A DNA stretch of 64,000 nt from Spirochaetia bacterium (GCA_963668315.1 OY764216.1:352001-416000), one strand, 5' to 3'. Shown: positions 1-8,865, counted from the first letter of the stretch. The notes: generated from the letters alone by a model not told the origin. Program-made: numbers and translations.

Positions 1-836
1 CGATCGGCATGGCAGGGATCCCTGTCCGCGGGGCCTCGGGAGTGGGCGGCGGTTTTGAAATTATGGAGGAGTACAGGATTGACAGAAAGTTTTTTTCACC
101 TGCCGACCTTTCCGCCATTCTGATGGGGCTCTCCGGCCTTTCCGCCATGATGCGGGGAGATGAACTGGTCAGCGCCCTTGCCAAGGTGAAAAGCTTTATC
201 CCCGCCGACAGAGCGAAAGATATAGAGGTAAGGGCCAATCAGATATTGATTGATCTGCACCCCTGGATGGGGAACAGGAACATACAGCCCTATCTGGAAA
301 CCATCAAGACGGCACTGCAGGAAAACAGGCTGCTTTCCTTCGACTATTCAGACCGCCACGGCAATAAAACGGCCCGTTCAGCCGAACCGTATCAGCTGGT
401 CTTGAAAAGCAGCCATTGGTATTGGCAGGGGTATTGCCGCGTAAGGGATGATTTCCGCCTGTTTAAACTCTCCCGGATGACGAACCTTCGCTTAGAGGAG
501 GAAATTTTCATGCCCCGTGAATATCAAAAACCGATGCTTGATTTTTCAGAAATGCTGGCGACTGTAGAGAGAGAGATCAAAATAAGGATTCATAAATCCG
601 TGATGGACCGGGTGCTGGATTTCTGCTCCTTCGATCACTTTCTGCCCGAAGGGGATGAGCATTTCATTGTATCCTTTCCCTTTGTTGAGAATGATTTCTA
701 CTACAATATTCTCCTCGGTTTGGGAAAAGAATGCGAATGCCTGGGGCCTGAACATATCCGCAGGGAAATGAAGCGCAGGATTCACACCCTGGCGGCCCTA
801 TACGAGAATGACGAGAATCGGAATAGGGGCCGTTGA
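1..836 (+). CDS. YafY/PafB-family HTH-WYL transcriptional regulator (5' truncated by window edge)
   Basis: Frame open from window start; wing motif 'GIPVRGASGVGGGF', WYL domain 'FDYSD..R.AEPYQLV...HWYWQGYC..RDDFRLFKLSRM', C-terminal WCX-like region. Confidence 0.9.
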   Translation, partial: IGMAGIPVRGASGVGGGFEIMEEYRIDRKFFSPADLSAILMGLSGLSAMMRGDELVSALAKVKSFIPADRAKDIEVRANQILIDLHPWMGNRNIQPYLETIKTALQENRLLSFDYSDRHGNKTARSAEPYQLVLKSSHWYWQGYCRVRDDFRLFKLSRMTNLRLEEEIFMPREYQKPMLDFSEMLATVEREIKIRIHKSVMDRVLDFCSFDHFLPEGDEHFIVSFPFVENDFYYNILLGLGKECECLGPEHIRREMKRRIHTLAALYENDENRNRGR

Positions 837-853
837 CGGTATGCCCCCGTTCC

Positions 854-2119
854 TCAGGTGATAAACTCCATCGGGTTTTCCCGGGCGATAAAATCCATCT
901 CCCTTCCGAAGTAGTTGCAGAAGCGGTCGTAATAGTAGGTCAGTTCTTTCTCCATGAGATAGAGCATGTAAAAGTCCGATCCGTAAAGGACTCTTCTCTT
1001 CTGCGACCGGGACATCCTGTTATATATCTTTTCCCTCACATCCTGCAGCATATCGCGCCCGGTCCCTGTGTTATGGAAATGACTCATATCCACTCTCACC
1101 CGGGAGTAATCGGCCAGGAACTCCAGGGCGGCTTGGGTCCAGAATCCCCGGGGGTCCTTGTTTATATAGAGAGGGACCTGATCAAACCCTCCCATATGGG
1201 CGAAATTTATCTTCAGCCGGGGGTAGGTCTCCAGCACTTTACGCCAGAGAAGAGGGTGGTTAAGCTTTAGCTGCCGCTCCTCAACCACATCGGAAAAGGG
1301 ATGGCGCCAGAATTTTTTCTGAAACGTCATCAGTCCCCCCTCATAGAGGTCCTCACCGGGGACGATACATCCCGCCTCGGGAAAATACACATCCCCCTTG
1401 ATGACCACCGAGTCGTTTATATGGGAAAAACCGGTATGGGAAAAATGCACCGTAAGGGGAATCCCGTTTTTCTGGCACCAATGATAAAGGGTCTCTTTTT
1501 TCCTGTCCCGGCTGTAGAGAAAGGGATGGGTGGGGGAATATCCCAGGGCGGCATAGAGCTTTATCCCCGAAAATGTTTTTCCCTTACCCACGCGGTCTTT
1601 CACCAGATCCATCAGGACATCCTTCAGATCGTTGTCATTCCGCCGGGGATCGATCCCCAGAAAGGGATAAAGATTATCGGGATAGGTCTTCTTCAGCCTC
1701 TTCAGCTCATTGATCTGGGTGGTGAAATTATTGGCAAAGGGATCTTTCTTTCCATGGGCCAACTGAGGCTCGGGGACCTTGCTGCGCAGGTGGGACAGGG
1801 GCTGCTTTAGCTGTTCCCCGATACGGTGGAGCACCGAAGAGTTCTCGAAATCATCTCCCGCCCTGTTGGTAACATAGGTCCCGTCCATCATCAGGGGAAC
1901 GGCGACATAATCCTCACCGTAGGTTTCCCGCATTTTCAGGAAGAGCGCTTCCGCCTGGTAGTTGAGCATGTGGTCCATAAATTTCAGGAGACGCTCAGAT
2001 CCGCCCCTCCCTTCGGGCAGGGGGATATCCTGTATTTTTTTTACCAGATGGCTTGCCGTGCGGTAATCATGGGTGAGATCGTTTTTTGAAAAAATATGAC
2101 AATGGCAATCTACGATCAT
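854..2119 (-). CDS. Amidohydrolase-superfamily metal-dependent hydrolase (Amidohydro_2-like)
   Basis: N-terminal DCHCH, 'GIDPRR', 'GIKLY..LGY', 'VHFS', 'FAHMGG', 'YGSDF' metal-binding TIM-barrel motifs; GGAGA RBS. Confidence 0.85.
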   Translation of the reverse strand: MIVDCHCHIFSKNDLTHDYRTASHLVKKIQDIPLPEGRGGSERLLKFMDHMLNYQAEALFLKMRETYGEDYVAVPLMMDGTYVTNRAGDDFENSSVLHRIGEQLKQPLSHLRSKVPEPQLAHGKKDPFANNFTTQINELKRLKKTYPDNLYPFLGIDPRRNDNDLKDVLMDLVKDRVGKGKTFSGIKLYAALGYSPTHPFLYSRDRKKETLYHWCQKNGIPLTVHFSHTGFSHINDSVVIKGDVYFPEAGCIVPGEDLYEGGLMTFQKKFWRHPFSDVVEERQLKLNHPLLWRKVLETYPRLKINFAHMGGFDQVPLYINKDPRGFWTQAALEFLADYSRVRVDMSHFHNTGTGRDMLQDVREKIYNRMSRSQKRRVLYGSDFYMLYLMEKELTYYYDRFCNYFGREMDFIARENPMEFIT

Positions 2120-2136
2120 CGTTTTCTCCCGGAATT

Positions 2137-2145
2137 AGTATAACA
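2137..2145 (-). promoter_or_regulatory. Extended -10 promoter (TG-T-TATACT) for the amidohydrolase
   Basis: Minus strand TGTTATACT, 17 nt upstream of ATG 2119; no clear -35. Confidence 0.5.
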
Positions 2146-2170
2146 CAAAGGAACGACAAGAAAAACATCC

Positions 2171-2200
2171 TTGATTTTTCCAATCCATCCACCGTAAAGT
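2171..2200 (+). promoter_or_regulatory. Sigma70-type promoter TTGATT-18-TAAAGT for CPBP protease gene
   Basis: TTGATT 2171-2176, TAAAGT 2195-2200, ATG follows after 8 nt. Confidence 0.45.
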
Positions 2201-2208
2201 AAGGGGAA

Positions 2209-3117
2209 ATGAAAAAAAGAACCATTAAGAAAATAACCTTTCTGGGAGGGATTCTCATCCTTGCCGCAGCCCTTATCCCCTCCAACCTTCCCTTTCTCAT
2301 CTACATCAAACGCCTTGCCGGCCGGGGAAACGGGGAGGCGCTGAGGCTCTTTTCTGCATCCGGGGAAATTTCCGTTCTCCCCCTGTCCCTCTGGGGCCGT
2401 TTTTTCTTTACCTTCTTTCCTTTCATTCTGCTGCTGGCCGTGCTTTTTCTGGTCTGGAAGCTGCTGCACGGCAAATCCGTCCTTTCCCTCATAACAGGTT
2501 CGGACCGTTTCCGCATTCATCTCTTCCTCAGGGGCCTGGTCACCTGGATAATCCTCTCGGCGGCGGCCGATGCGGTTCAGTTTTTTTTCCACAGGGGTTA
2601 TTACACTTTCTCCTTCAATCCCGTAGAATGGCTCAAGCTCCTGCCCGCTGCTCTGATCTTCATACTTCCCCAGATCATGCTTGAGGAAACCTTCTTCCGG
2701 GGTTACCTCATCAAGGGAGGCACACTTTTCACGGGCAAGCCCCTTATTCCCCTGCTCGCCGTATCCCTCCTCTTCGGCCTGCTCCACAGCGCCAACCCCG
2801 AAGTCACCCGTTACGGAGCCGCGATCATGATGCCCCAATACATAGGAATGGGCCTTTTTCTGGCTTACCTGAGCTGGAGAACCGACGGACTGGAACTGTC
2901 CATGGGGGTCCACATGGCCAATAACAGCTGGGGTCTTCTTATGGTAAATTCCGGGGGAACAGCGTTTCAAACTCCCGCTCCCTTTACCATGACGAGCTGG
3001 GATCCCCTGTCCAGCCTCATAGCTCTGGCAGCCGGAACGGTTCTGTTTCTTCTTATTTTCAGACAAAATGATTTTTTTCTGGTAAATAATGAAAAACGGT
3101 ATTATTATGGCTACTAG
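2209..3117 (+). CDS. CPBP family (CAAX/Abi) intramembrane glutamic metalloprotease
   Basis: 'LEETFFRGY', 'FGLLH', 'H MANN' CPBP motifs; about 8 hydrophobic segments. Confidence 0.9.
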   Translation: MKKRTIKKITFLGGILILAAALIPSNLPFLIYIKRLAGRGNGEALRLFSASGEISVLPLSLWGRFFFTFFPFILLLAVLFLVWKLLHGKSVLSLITGSDRFRIHLFLRGLVTWIILSAAADAVQFFFHRGYYTFSFNPVEWLKLLPAALIFILPQIMLEETFFRGYLIKGGTLFTGKPLIPLLAVSLLFGLLHSANPEVTRYGAAIMMPQYIGMGLFLAYLSWRTDGLELSMGVHMANNSWGLLMVNSGGTAFQTPAPFTMTSWDPLSSLIALAAGTVLFLLIFRQNDFFLVNNEKRYYYGY

Positions 3118-3195
3118 GCTTTTTTTGTTTTTTATAAATTTAAAAATAGAAATTCCTTGTATTCGGGGAGAAATTCTATAGAATTAAAAGCAGTT

Positions 3196-3561
3196 ATGGC
3201 AAAAACAATTTTAGTAGCAGAAGATGAAAGAATAATTAGAAATCTCGCTGAAATCACTTTAAAAAAAGCGGGATACCAGGTAATCACAGCCAACGACGGA
3301 CAGGAAGCTGTAGATATATTCAAGGAAAACGCGGGGACCATCGATCTGCTCCTTCTGGATATCATGATGCCCAATAAAAACGGCTGGGAAGCCTATATGG
3401 AAATAAGAGAAGAGAACAAGGATATTCCTGTCGTTTTCTGCAGCGGATACTCCGATGATGTTCTTATGGAGGAGTATCTCCATGAGACTCCGGCCGATAT
3501 TATTCAAAAACCCTACAGGCTCAACACTCTCCTGGAAAAAATAGAGTCCGTCCTCTCCTAA
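3196..3561 (+). CDS. Single-domain response regulator (receiver only)
   Basis: 'ILVAEDE', phospho-acceptor 'LLDIMMP', 'SG', 'QKP'; ATG 3196 chosen as start. Confidence 0.9.
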   Translation: MAKTILVAEDERIIRNLAEITLKKAGYQVITANDGQEAVDIFKENAGTIDLLLLDIMMPNKNGWEAYMEIREENKDIPVVFCSGYSDDVLMEEYLHETPADIIQKPYRLNTLLEKIESVLS

Positions 3562-4388
3562 TCACCATCAAAAGTTCGAAGAAAAACTCCCAGCTCCCGG
3601 TTCAGCGGATCGTCAAGGAACAGTTTTTCGGCTGTTTCGCGGATCCATGCATCGAAGGCTTTTGAGTATCCGGGAAATTCGTCGTCCAGAAGGGAAACCG
3701 CATCACCGTAGCAGGTGGCGATAAGATCCCAGGCCCCGTAGGAAATAACCTTCTCCCCGCCGTCCCCTCCCCTCCCCGGGGCAAGGGCGCGTACGGCGCC
3801 GTCGGAAAAAGCCAGATAGAGATACCCCCGGGAATCGGCGGATGCCATCAGGGCCGTACCGTCAAGAGCGGCCCGCTTCAGAACGGCGCCCTCACCGTCA
3901 TAGCAGAAAAAATCCCCCCCGTTCCCCAGCCAGAAGACATTCCTTCCGGTCTCGAAGAACATAAGGATCCCCGACGGGCGTTCTTCGAGAAGCAGGGTTT
4001 CTTTCCTTTCTCCGATACGGGTCACCCTGTCCGGAGAAAGGGGCGAATAGGAAAGGGAGCCGCCGCGCCAGGGCCGGGAAAACACGGCCCCTCCCGCTGG
4101 CCGGGAAGGACTTGTCCCGGCAAGAGTCTCTCCGGTACGGCGGGCATCGAAAAAGAACTGAACGAGAGTCCTTCCGGACGGCTGGAAACCGGAGGATAGA
4201 ATATACGACCAGTCCCCGTAATCCAGAACGATCCCCTCCTCCCCGCCGGTCAGATTCCGGGGGACCGGATCGGCGGCGGAGAAAAAGAACTCCCCCGCCC
4301 CGCCGGGACGGAAAAGGAGGGTCTCCTGGGCCTCTAGCGAAACGGTGCCCAGAAAGAGGAGCGCCAGCCCCGTCAGGATCCCCCTCAA
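3558..4388 (-). CDS. Hypothetical exported protein (beta-rich)
   Basis: Signal peptide 'MRGILTGLALLFLGTVSLEA'; TTG start overlaps murE stop (TTGA). Confidence 0.65.
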   Translation of the reverse strand: MRGILTGLALLFLGTVSLEAQETLLFRPGGAGEFFFSAADPVPRNLTGGEEGIVLDYGDWSYILSSGFQPSGRTLVQFFFDARRTGETLAGTSPSRPAGGAVFSRPWRGGSLSYSPLSPDRVTRIGERKETLLLEERPSGILMFFETGRNVFWLGNGGDFFCYDGEGAVLKRAALDGTALMASADSRGYLYLAFSDGAVRALAPGRGGDGGEKVISYGAWDLIATCYGDAVSLLDDEFPGYSKAFDAWIRETAEKLFLDDPLNRELGVFLRTFDGD

Positions 4389-5908
4389 TAACCTCTCTCC
4401 CTGAGCAGTTCCTCTAGTACGGCCTGCTCGTTCCAGGGATGGGGTCCGTCGGAGTAGATAATGGATGATTCATGTCCCTTGCCCAGGGCGACAACCATGT
4501 CTCCCTCTCCCGCCAGATCCAGAGCCTTTTTCAAAGCCTTCCTCCGATCGGGAATAAGGAAAAGAGTTTCGTCCCTAACCTTGTCATTTATGCCGAAGGC
4601 GATATCTTCCAGAATGGCCATGGGGTCTTCCAGACGGGGATCCTCATCGGCCAGAATGATGATGTCGCCAAAATCATCGGCAATCTCACCCTGGTCGCTT
4701 CTCTTCTCCACATCCCTCTCTCCGGCCGAACCGAAGACAATAATCATCTTTCCTTCGGTCAGCTTCTTGAGCGCGGGAAGCACCTTCTCGAAAGAACCGG
4801 GAGAATGGGCGTAATCCACTATGACATCGTAGGGCTGTTTGCCCTTCAGCCGGGTCATCCGGCCCTTCACACCCTTCAGCTTGGCCACATGGGGCGCCAG
4901 ATCCAGAACCTCGATGCCCAGGATTTCGGCGGAAACCATCATGGCGGCCATAAGATTTTCTATATTGACCAGGGAAGGAACATTCAAAGTCAGTTTCTTC
5001 TTCTCGCCCGGCGTATGAAGCATAAAGGTCGTCCCGTCCACACCGGCGTCAAAGCCGTCGGCGTATACATCGGAATCCTTGTTCTTCATACTGTAAAGGT
5101 AAATGGGAACTTCCCCGGCGGCTTTGATAAAGAAGTCGCTGTTGGGATCGTCCCTGTTCACCACGCCGAACAGAAAGGAATCGTCCGTATACCGGTCGGA
5201 GAGCATGCGGAACAGGGTGCACTTATCTTCCCGGTACTGCTCGAAGGTTCCGTGGAACTCCAGATGCTCATGGGTCAGATTGGTAAAGACCGCCGCATCG
5301 AACTCCACATCGCCCAGACGGTTGTTCCTCGGACTCAGGCCGTGACTCGTCGCTTCGATAACGGCATATTCCATGCCGTTGTCCACCATCTCCCGCATGA
5401 TGCGCTGAATCTCCGGCGCTTCGGGGGTGGACTGGCGGAAGGGATTGGCCACCACGTCCCCGCCGGCCTTATAACAGACGGTGGAAAGAAACCCGCAGGA
5501 CTCCCCCTCGGCCTCGATCAGCTGCTGAACAAAGGATACGGTGGTGCTTTTCCCGTCGGTTCCCGTAACGCCGATCACACTCATCTCCCGGCTGGGATAA
5601 TCATAGAAGGCGGCGGAAAAGGGAGAAAGAGCCTTGCGGGTGTCCTTGACCCGCACGTAATAGGGCCCGGGTTTTCTCTCCATACCGGGGTCGGAATACA
5701 CAATGACCGACGCCCCCAGCTCAATGGCCATGTCCAGATAGTTATGGCCGTCCGTATGTACCCCTTTCAGGGCGAAAAAGGCGAAATCCTTATCCACGTG
5801 CCGGCTGTCATATACGATGCCCCTTATTTCGGGATCGCCCGTCCCCAGAATCTCGATTACGTCGATACTGTCCTGGATCTGGGATAATTTTTTTATTCTC
5901 TCACTCAT
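4385..5908 (-). CDS. murE: UDP-N-acetylmuramoyl-L-alanyl-D-glutamate--diamino acid ligase MurE
   Basis: 'YDSR', P-loop 'GVTGTDGKSTT', 'EATSHGL', 'FTNLTHEHLEFH', 'VDYAH', 'GKGHE'. Confidence 0.95.
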   Translation of the reverse strand: MSERIKKLSQIQDSIDVIEILGTGDPEIRGIVYDSRHVDKDFAFFALKGVHTDGHNYLDMAIELGASVIVYSDPGMERKPGPYYVRVKDTRKALSPFSAAFYDYPSREMSVIGVTGTDGKSTTVSFVQQLIEAEGESCGFLSTVCYKAGGDVVANPFRQSTPEAPEIQRIMREMVDNGMEYAVIEATSHGLSPRNNRLGDVEFDAAVFTNLTHEHLEFHGTFEQYREDKCTLFRMLSDRYTDDSFLFGVVNRDDPNSDFFIKAAGEVPIYLYSMKNKDSDVYADGFDAGVDGTTFMLHTPGEKKKLTLNVPSLVNIENLMAAMMVSAEILGIEVLDLAPHVAKLKGVKGRMTRLKGKQPYDVIVDYAHSPGSFEKVLPALKKLTEGKMIIVFGSAGERDVEKRSDQGEIADDFGDIIILADEDPRLEDPMAILEDIAFGINDKVRDETLFLIPDRRKALKKALDLAGEGDMVVALGKGHESSIIYSDGPHPWNEQAVLEELLRERGY

Positions 5909-5914
5909 TCTCTA

Positions 5915-5943
5915 TTTCTACCATGAAATCGGCCAAAACACAA
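5915..5943 (-). promoter_or_regulatory. Predicted leaderless promoter for murE (TTGTGT-17-TAGAAA with extended TG)
   Basis: -10 ends 6 nt before ATG 5908; no SD upstream. Confidence 0.4.
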
Positions 5944-6076
5944 GGAAAGCCTTACATCCGACACGTATATTCCGCACCAACGCCGGGATTGGGGGGCTTC
6001 CCCCTCAGGGGGAACCGGGCCGCCGCTTGTACTCCTCGGCCGGCGAGCCGCCCTGCGGGGTGGCCGCTCTGTCCCT

Positions 6077-6159
6077 GCCCCGGACGCATGGGCGAGCAGC
6101 AAACCGGGCACGGTTTGTGACCAGCCCCGGACGCATGGGCGAGCAGCAAACCGGGCACG
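6077..6159. repeat. Two identical 36-bp palindromic direct repeats (REP-like) separated by 11 bp
   Basis: GCCCCGGACGCATGGGCGAGCAGCAAACCGGGCACG at 6077-6112 and 6124-6159; each has a CCCGG...CCGGG terminal stem. Confidence 0.9.
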
Positions 6160-6211
6160 TATGGATTTTCCGGAAGAACGGGGCTATAGTATAATAAAAG
6201 AAGGATCACCA

Positions 6212-6910
6212 ATGAAACTTCTCAAACCCCGGGTTTATCTGTTCCTCACCCTCTTGATCGGTGTCACGGCACTCCTGCTTGTTCTGACCCTGAAAAGGCC
6301 GGCGACACCGGAACCCGACCTCCTCGGCATCATTCTCTGGACAATCGTCGCCGTATTGAGCGAATCCCTGTCCGTGTACTACGTTAACGGAACGTTCTTC
6401 GTCTCCCCCATCGAAGCGGTCTTCTATGCCGCCTACCTCTCCTGCGGCCCCCTCACAGCGGCCGTTTCCATCTCCCTGACGTTTCTCCTGATCGTGACCC
6501 GAGACGAAAACCGCTACCGCCACATATTCAACACTCCCCTCCGGTATATTCTCTTCAATATCTTCCACTTCATGCTCATCATGCTTATCCTTGACGGCTT
6601 TCTTACTCTCTCCCAAGCCCTTCTCCCCTCCCTGCGGATTCTACCGGTCCTTGCGGCGGCCCCCCTCTTCTTCACTCTGTCCTGCCTGATTAACGCCGCC
6701 CTGTACAAGGTGGAAGACGGCGAATCTTTTACCGCCGCCTTCAAAGAGATGTTTGATCCCTATTACCAGACAGCCTTTCCCGCCAGCCTGGCGGCAGTCA
6801 TAATCGGATTCGCCTATCTGCGGTACGGACTGCTTTCCATCCTCATCATGATCACTCCCCTCCTCGTTACCCTGATTACGATTAAAGCCCAGGTACGGGA
6901 CAGCCGATGA
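6212..6910 (+). CDS. Integral membrane protein resembling a stand-alone MASE-type sensor module
   Basis: About 7 TM segments; 'SESLSV..', 'GPLTAA', 'HIFNTP..ILFN' recall the membrane N-terminus of Firmicutes HD-GYP proteins; TATAAT 6190-6195 and AAGGA RBS before ATG 6212. Confidence 0.7.
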   Translation: MKLLKPRVYLFLTLLIGVTALLLVLTLKRPATPEPDLLGIILWTIVAVLSESLSVYYVNGTFFVSPIEAVFYAAYLSCGPLTAAVSISLTFLLIVTRDENRYRHIFNTPLRYILFNIFHFMLIMLILDGFLTLSQALLPSLRILPVLAAAPLFFTLSCLINAALYKVEDGESFTAAFKEMFDPYYQTAFPASLAAVIIGFAYLRYGLLSILIMITPLLVTLITIKAQVRDSR

Positions 6911-8748
6911 TACTCCTTCTGGTGCTCTACACATCACTGCCCGTTCTTCTCACAGCCCTATCCATCGGAAATACAGGCACAGCCTTCTACGGCGGATTGG
7001 GCCTCTTTCTTTTACAGACAACGGCGGAGGTCCTCATTTTCCGGTCGAGAAACAGACGCCGGCTCATTCCGGGAGCGGTTCTCTTTTTTACCATCCTAGC
7101 AGGAGCCGTTACTGTTGCCGCCATGAGACTTGACCCGTCCTATCTGCTCCTTCTCCTAGACCTCTATCCCGGCCCTCTGCTTACGGTGTCCTATGTCATT
7201 ATCTACAAGATTTCCCGTCCCCGGGACTTCGGGAAGATTTCCCCGGGATTCAACCGCATCATCATCCTCCTTATTTCCTACGCCGCCTTGCTCCTCATGC
7301 TCCGGTTCCGCAGGATAATTACGGCAACCCCTGCCCCCTCCGTCCGGGATATATTCTTCGCCTTCTACGGAGCCGTGAATCTCCTCCCCCCCATCTACTT
7401 TCTCAGGACGCTGAGAGACAGCTCCCTCACGCGGATTTACAGAAAAGAAGGGAGGATATGGCTCCGGAACGAGGAGATAACCTCCCTTTTCAGCCGGACG
7501 GAGCTCTCCCTCCTGAACCGGGCGTTCAAAGGAGACGGCCGGATTCTCTGCCGGGATCTGGTAGAGGATCTAAACGGCGGGGAGTCTCCGGGAAAATATC
7601 TCTGCCGACCGGGAGAGTGCAAGGCATCCCTCTGCCCGGCCTATGCCGCCATCTACCGCCATATAAAAAGCTTAGACAGGAAAATGGAGAATCTGGGCCT
7701 CGGCATGCTTATGCCCCCGGAAAATAAAAGGGATATCATAACGGAGGGCTGGCTTTTTATCAGGAACAAGGAAGTTCGGATAATGAGAAAACGTTCCTTT
7801 CCCCTGAAGATTCCCGCCGCATACAGCCCGGAGAACAAAACGGAAAAAAGTAAGTTCAGCGCGGCTCTCCCTTTACTTCTCGCCATAGCTTTCACCGGAG
7901 CCTTTGCCCTCTGCTCAGAAGGATTATCCCTGGCCGGTCTCCTTCCGGCACCTCAGCTGCTTTTCCCCCTCACACTTACCACGGCATGCTGTCTGCTTTG
8001 TCCCCTGATGGGACAGCCGAAATGGTCACGGTTCATCCCCACATTGATCCTCCCGCTCCTTTCCTTAAGCCTTATCGGCCCGGCGGGGGAAGCCCAGGCC
8101 CTCTTCCTCTCACTGAAGTCAATCGTCCTATTCATCATCTGCTTTCTAATCCGATTTCCCGCTCTTGAGACTCAGCTCGATTCGGCCCTGCTAAAAGAGC
8201 AAGCTCCCAACGCCCTTTTCTGGCTTATCTGGTTCTACATGATCCTTCTCTCCCTTTTCATTGATCCCCTTTTCACCGATGCGTCGCTTCTCCGAAACAG
8301 CGAAGCTCTGCCCCCGAGCCCTCCGGTTTCGGAACGGCTTCTGCTCTTTCTTCTCTTTGCCCTTTCGGCCGGTTTTTTCAGTTTGTCCCGTAAGGCACTT
8401 ATCGTAAAACAGGAGAAGATTGAATTTAACGGCCGGGTTCTGCCCGAAGGACTGGGGAAAACGGACAGAATAATTTTTCGGGAGTTTATTCAGCGGCGAA
8501 GGCGGCCTTTACACTGCTATGAGATTCTCGAACTGATCAGCCCGGGGAAAAAAGCAAACAGCGGCGATGACTGCAAGCCCAGCTCCTGCCCGTCTTATCA
8601 GAAGATCTACAAAAGAATCCAGACCATAAGAAAATATCTCCAGACAACGGGAATCGGCACGATAGCCAGCCCGGAACGCAAAGTCTCCTCTCACAAGGAG
8701 GGATGGCGCCTGATCCTGTTCGATGACGTTTTCATAAAAAACGATTAA
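6907..8748 (+). CDS. Membrane protein with two tandem [multi-TM + Cys-containing OmpR-like winged-helix] units; putative membrane-tethered regulator
   Basis: ATGA overlap with upstream gene; internal duplication 'C..CKxSxCPxY..IY+xI..++...GxG...PExK...EGW' at ~7435-7785 and ~8398-8742. Confidence 0.7.
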   Translation: MILLLVLYTSLPVLLTALSIGNTGTAFYGGLGLFLLQTTAEVLIFRSRNRRRLIPGAVLFFTILAGAVTVAAMRLDPSYLLLLLDLYPGPLLTVSYVIIYKISRPRDFGKISPGFNRIIILLISYAALLLMLRFRRIITATPAPSVRDIFFAFYGAVNLLPPIYFLRTLRDSSLTRIYRKEGRIWLRNEEITSLFSRTELSLLNRAFKGDGRILCRDLVEDLNGGESPGKYLCRPGECKASLCPAYAAIYRHIKSLDRKMENLGLGMLMPPENKRDIITEGWLFIRNKEVRIMRKRSFPLKIPAAYSPENKTEKSKFSAALPLLLAIAFTGAFALCSEGLSLAGLLPAPQLLFPLTLTTACCLLCPLMGQPKWSRFIPTLILPLLSLSLIGPAGEAQALFLSLKSIVLFIICFLIRFPALETQLDSALLKEQAPNALFWLIWFYMILLSLFIDPLFTDASLLRNSEALPPSPPVSERLLLFLLFALSAGFFSLSRKALIVKQEKIEFNGRVLPEGLGKTDRIIFREFIQRRRRPLHCYEILELISPGKKANSGDDCKPSSCPSYQKIYKRIQTIRKYLQTTGIGTIASPERKVSSHKEGWRLILFDDVFIKND

Positions 8749-8865
8749 ACCGCTCCGAAAACAACTCGTTTCCGTACGATTTCCTGCCCCTCCGACTTGT
8801 TTTTCAAGGGATGATAGGAAACCGGTGCTATGTTGGAAACAGAAATAGTACAAGGCGGTTTAGTT

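Noticed and set aside
4472..5887. Long antisense ORF over murE (similar shadows at 29736-30881, 31180-32241, 50670-51977, 52332-53633, 60023-61435)
   Set aside because: Opposite-strand shadows of conserved genes caused by codon bias; no recognisable motifs.
6077..6112. Resemblance to SRP RNA domain IV (GG..AGCAGC)
   Set aside because: Lacks the CAGG motif and GNRA tetraloop, and the unit is tandemly duplicated.
6077..6159. 36-bp repeats as a CRISPR array
   Set aside because: Only two copies, an 11-bp spacer, no AT-rich leader and no cas genes in the window.
8749..8865. TTTCC/GGAAAC short repeats upstream of the lipoprotein as a wHTH operator
   Set aside because: Only 5-6 bp matches with inconsistent spacing; not distinguishable from chance by eye.
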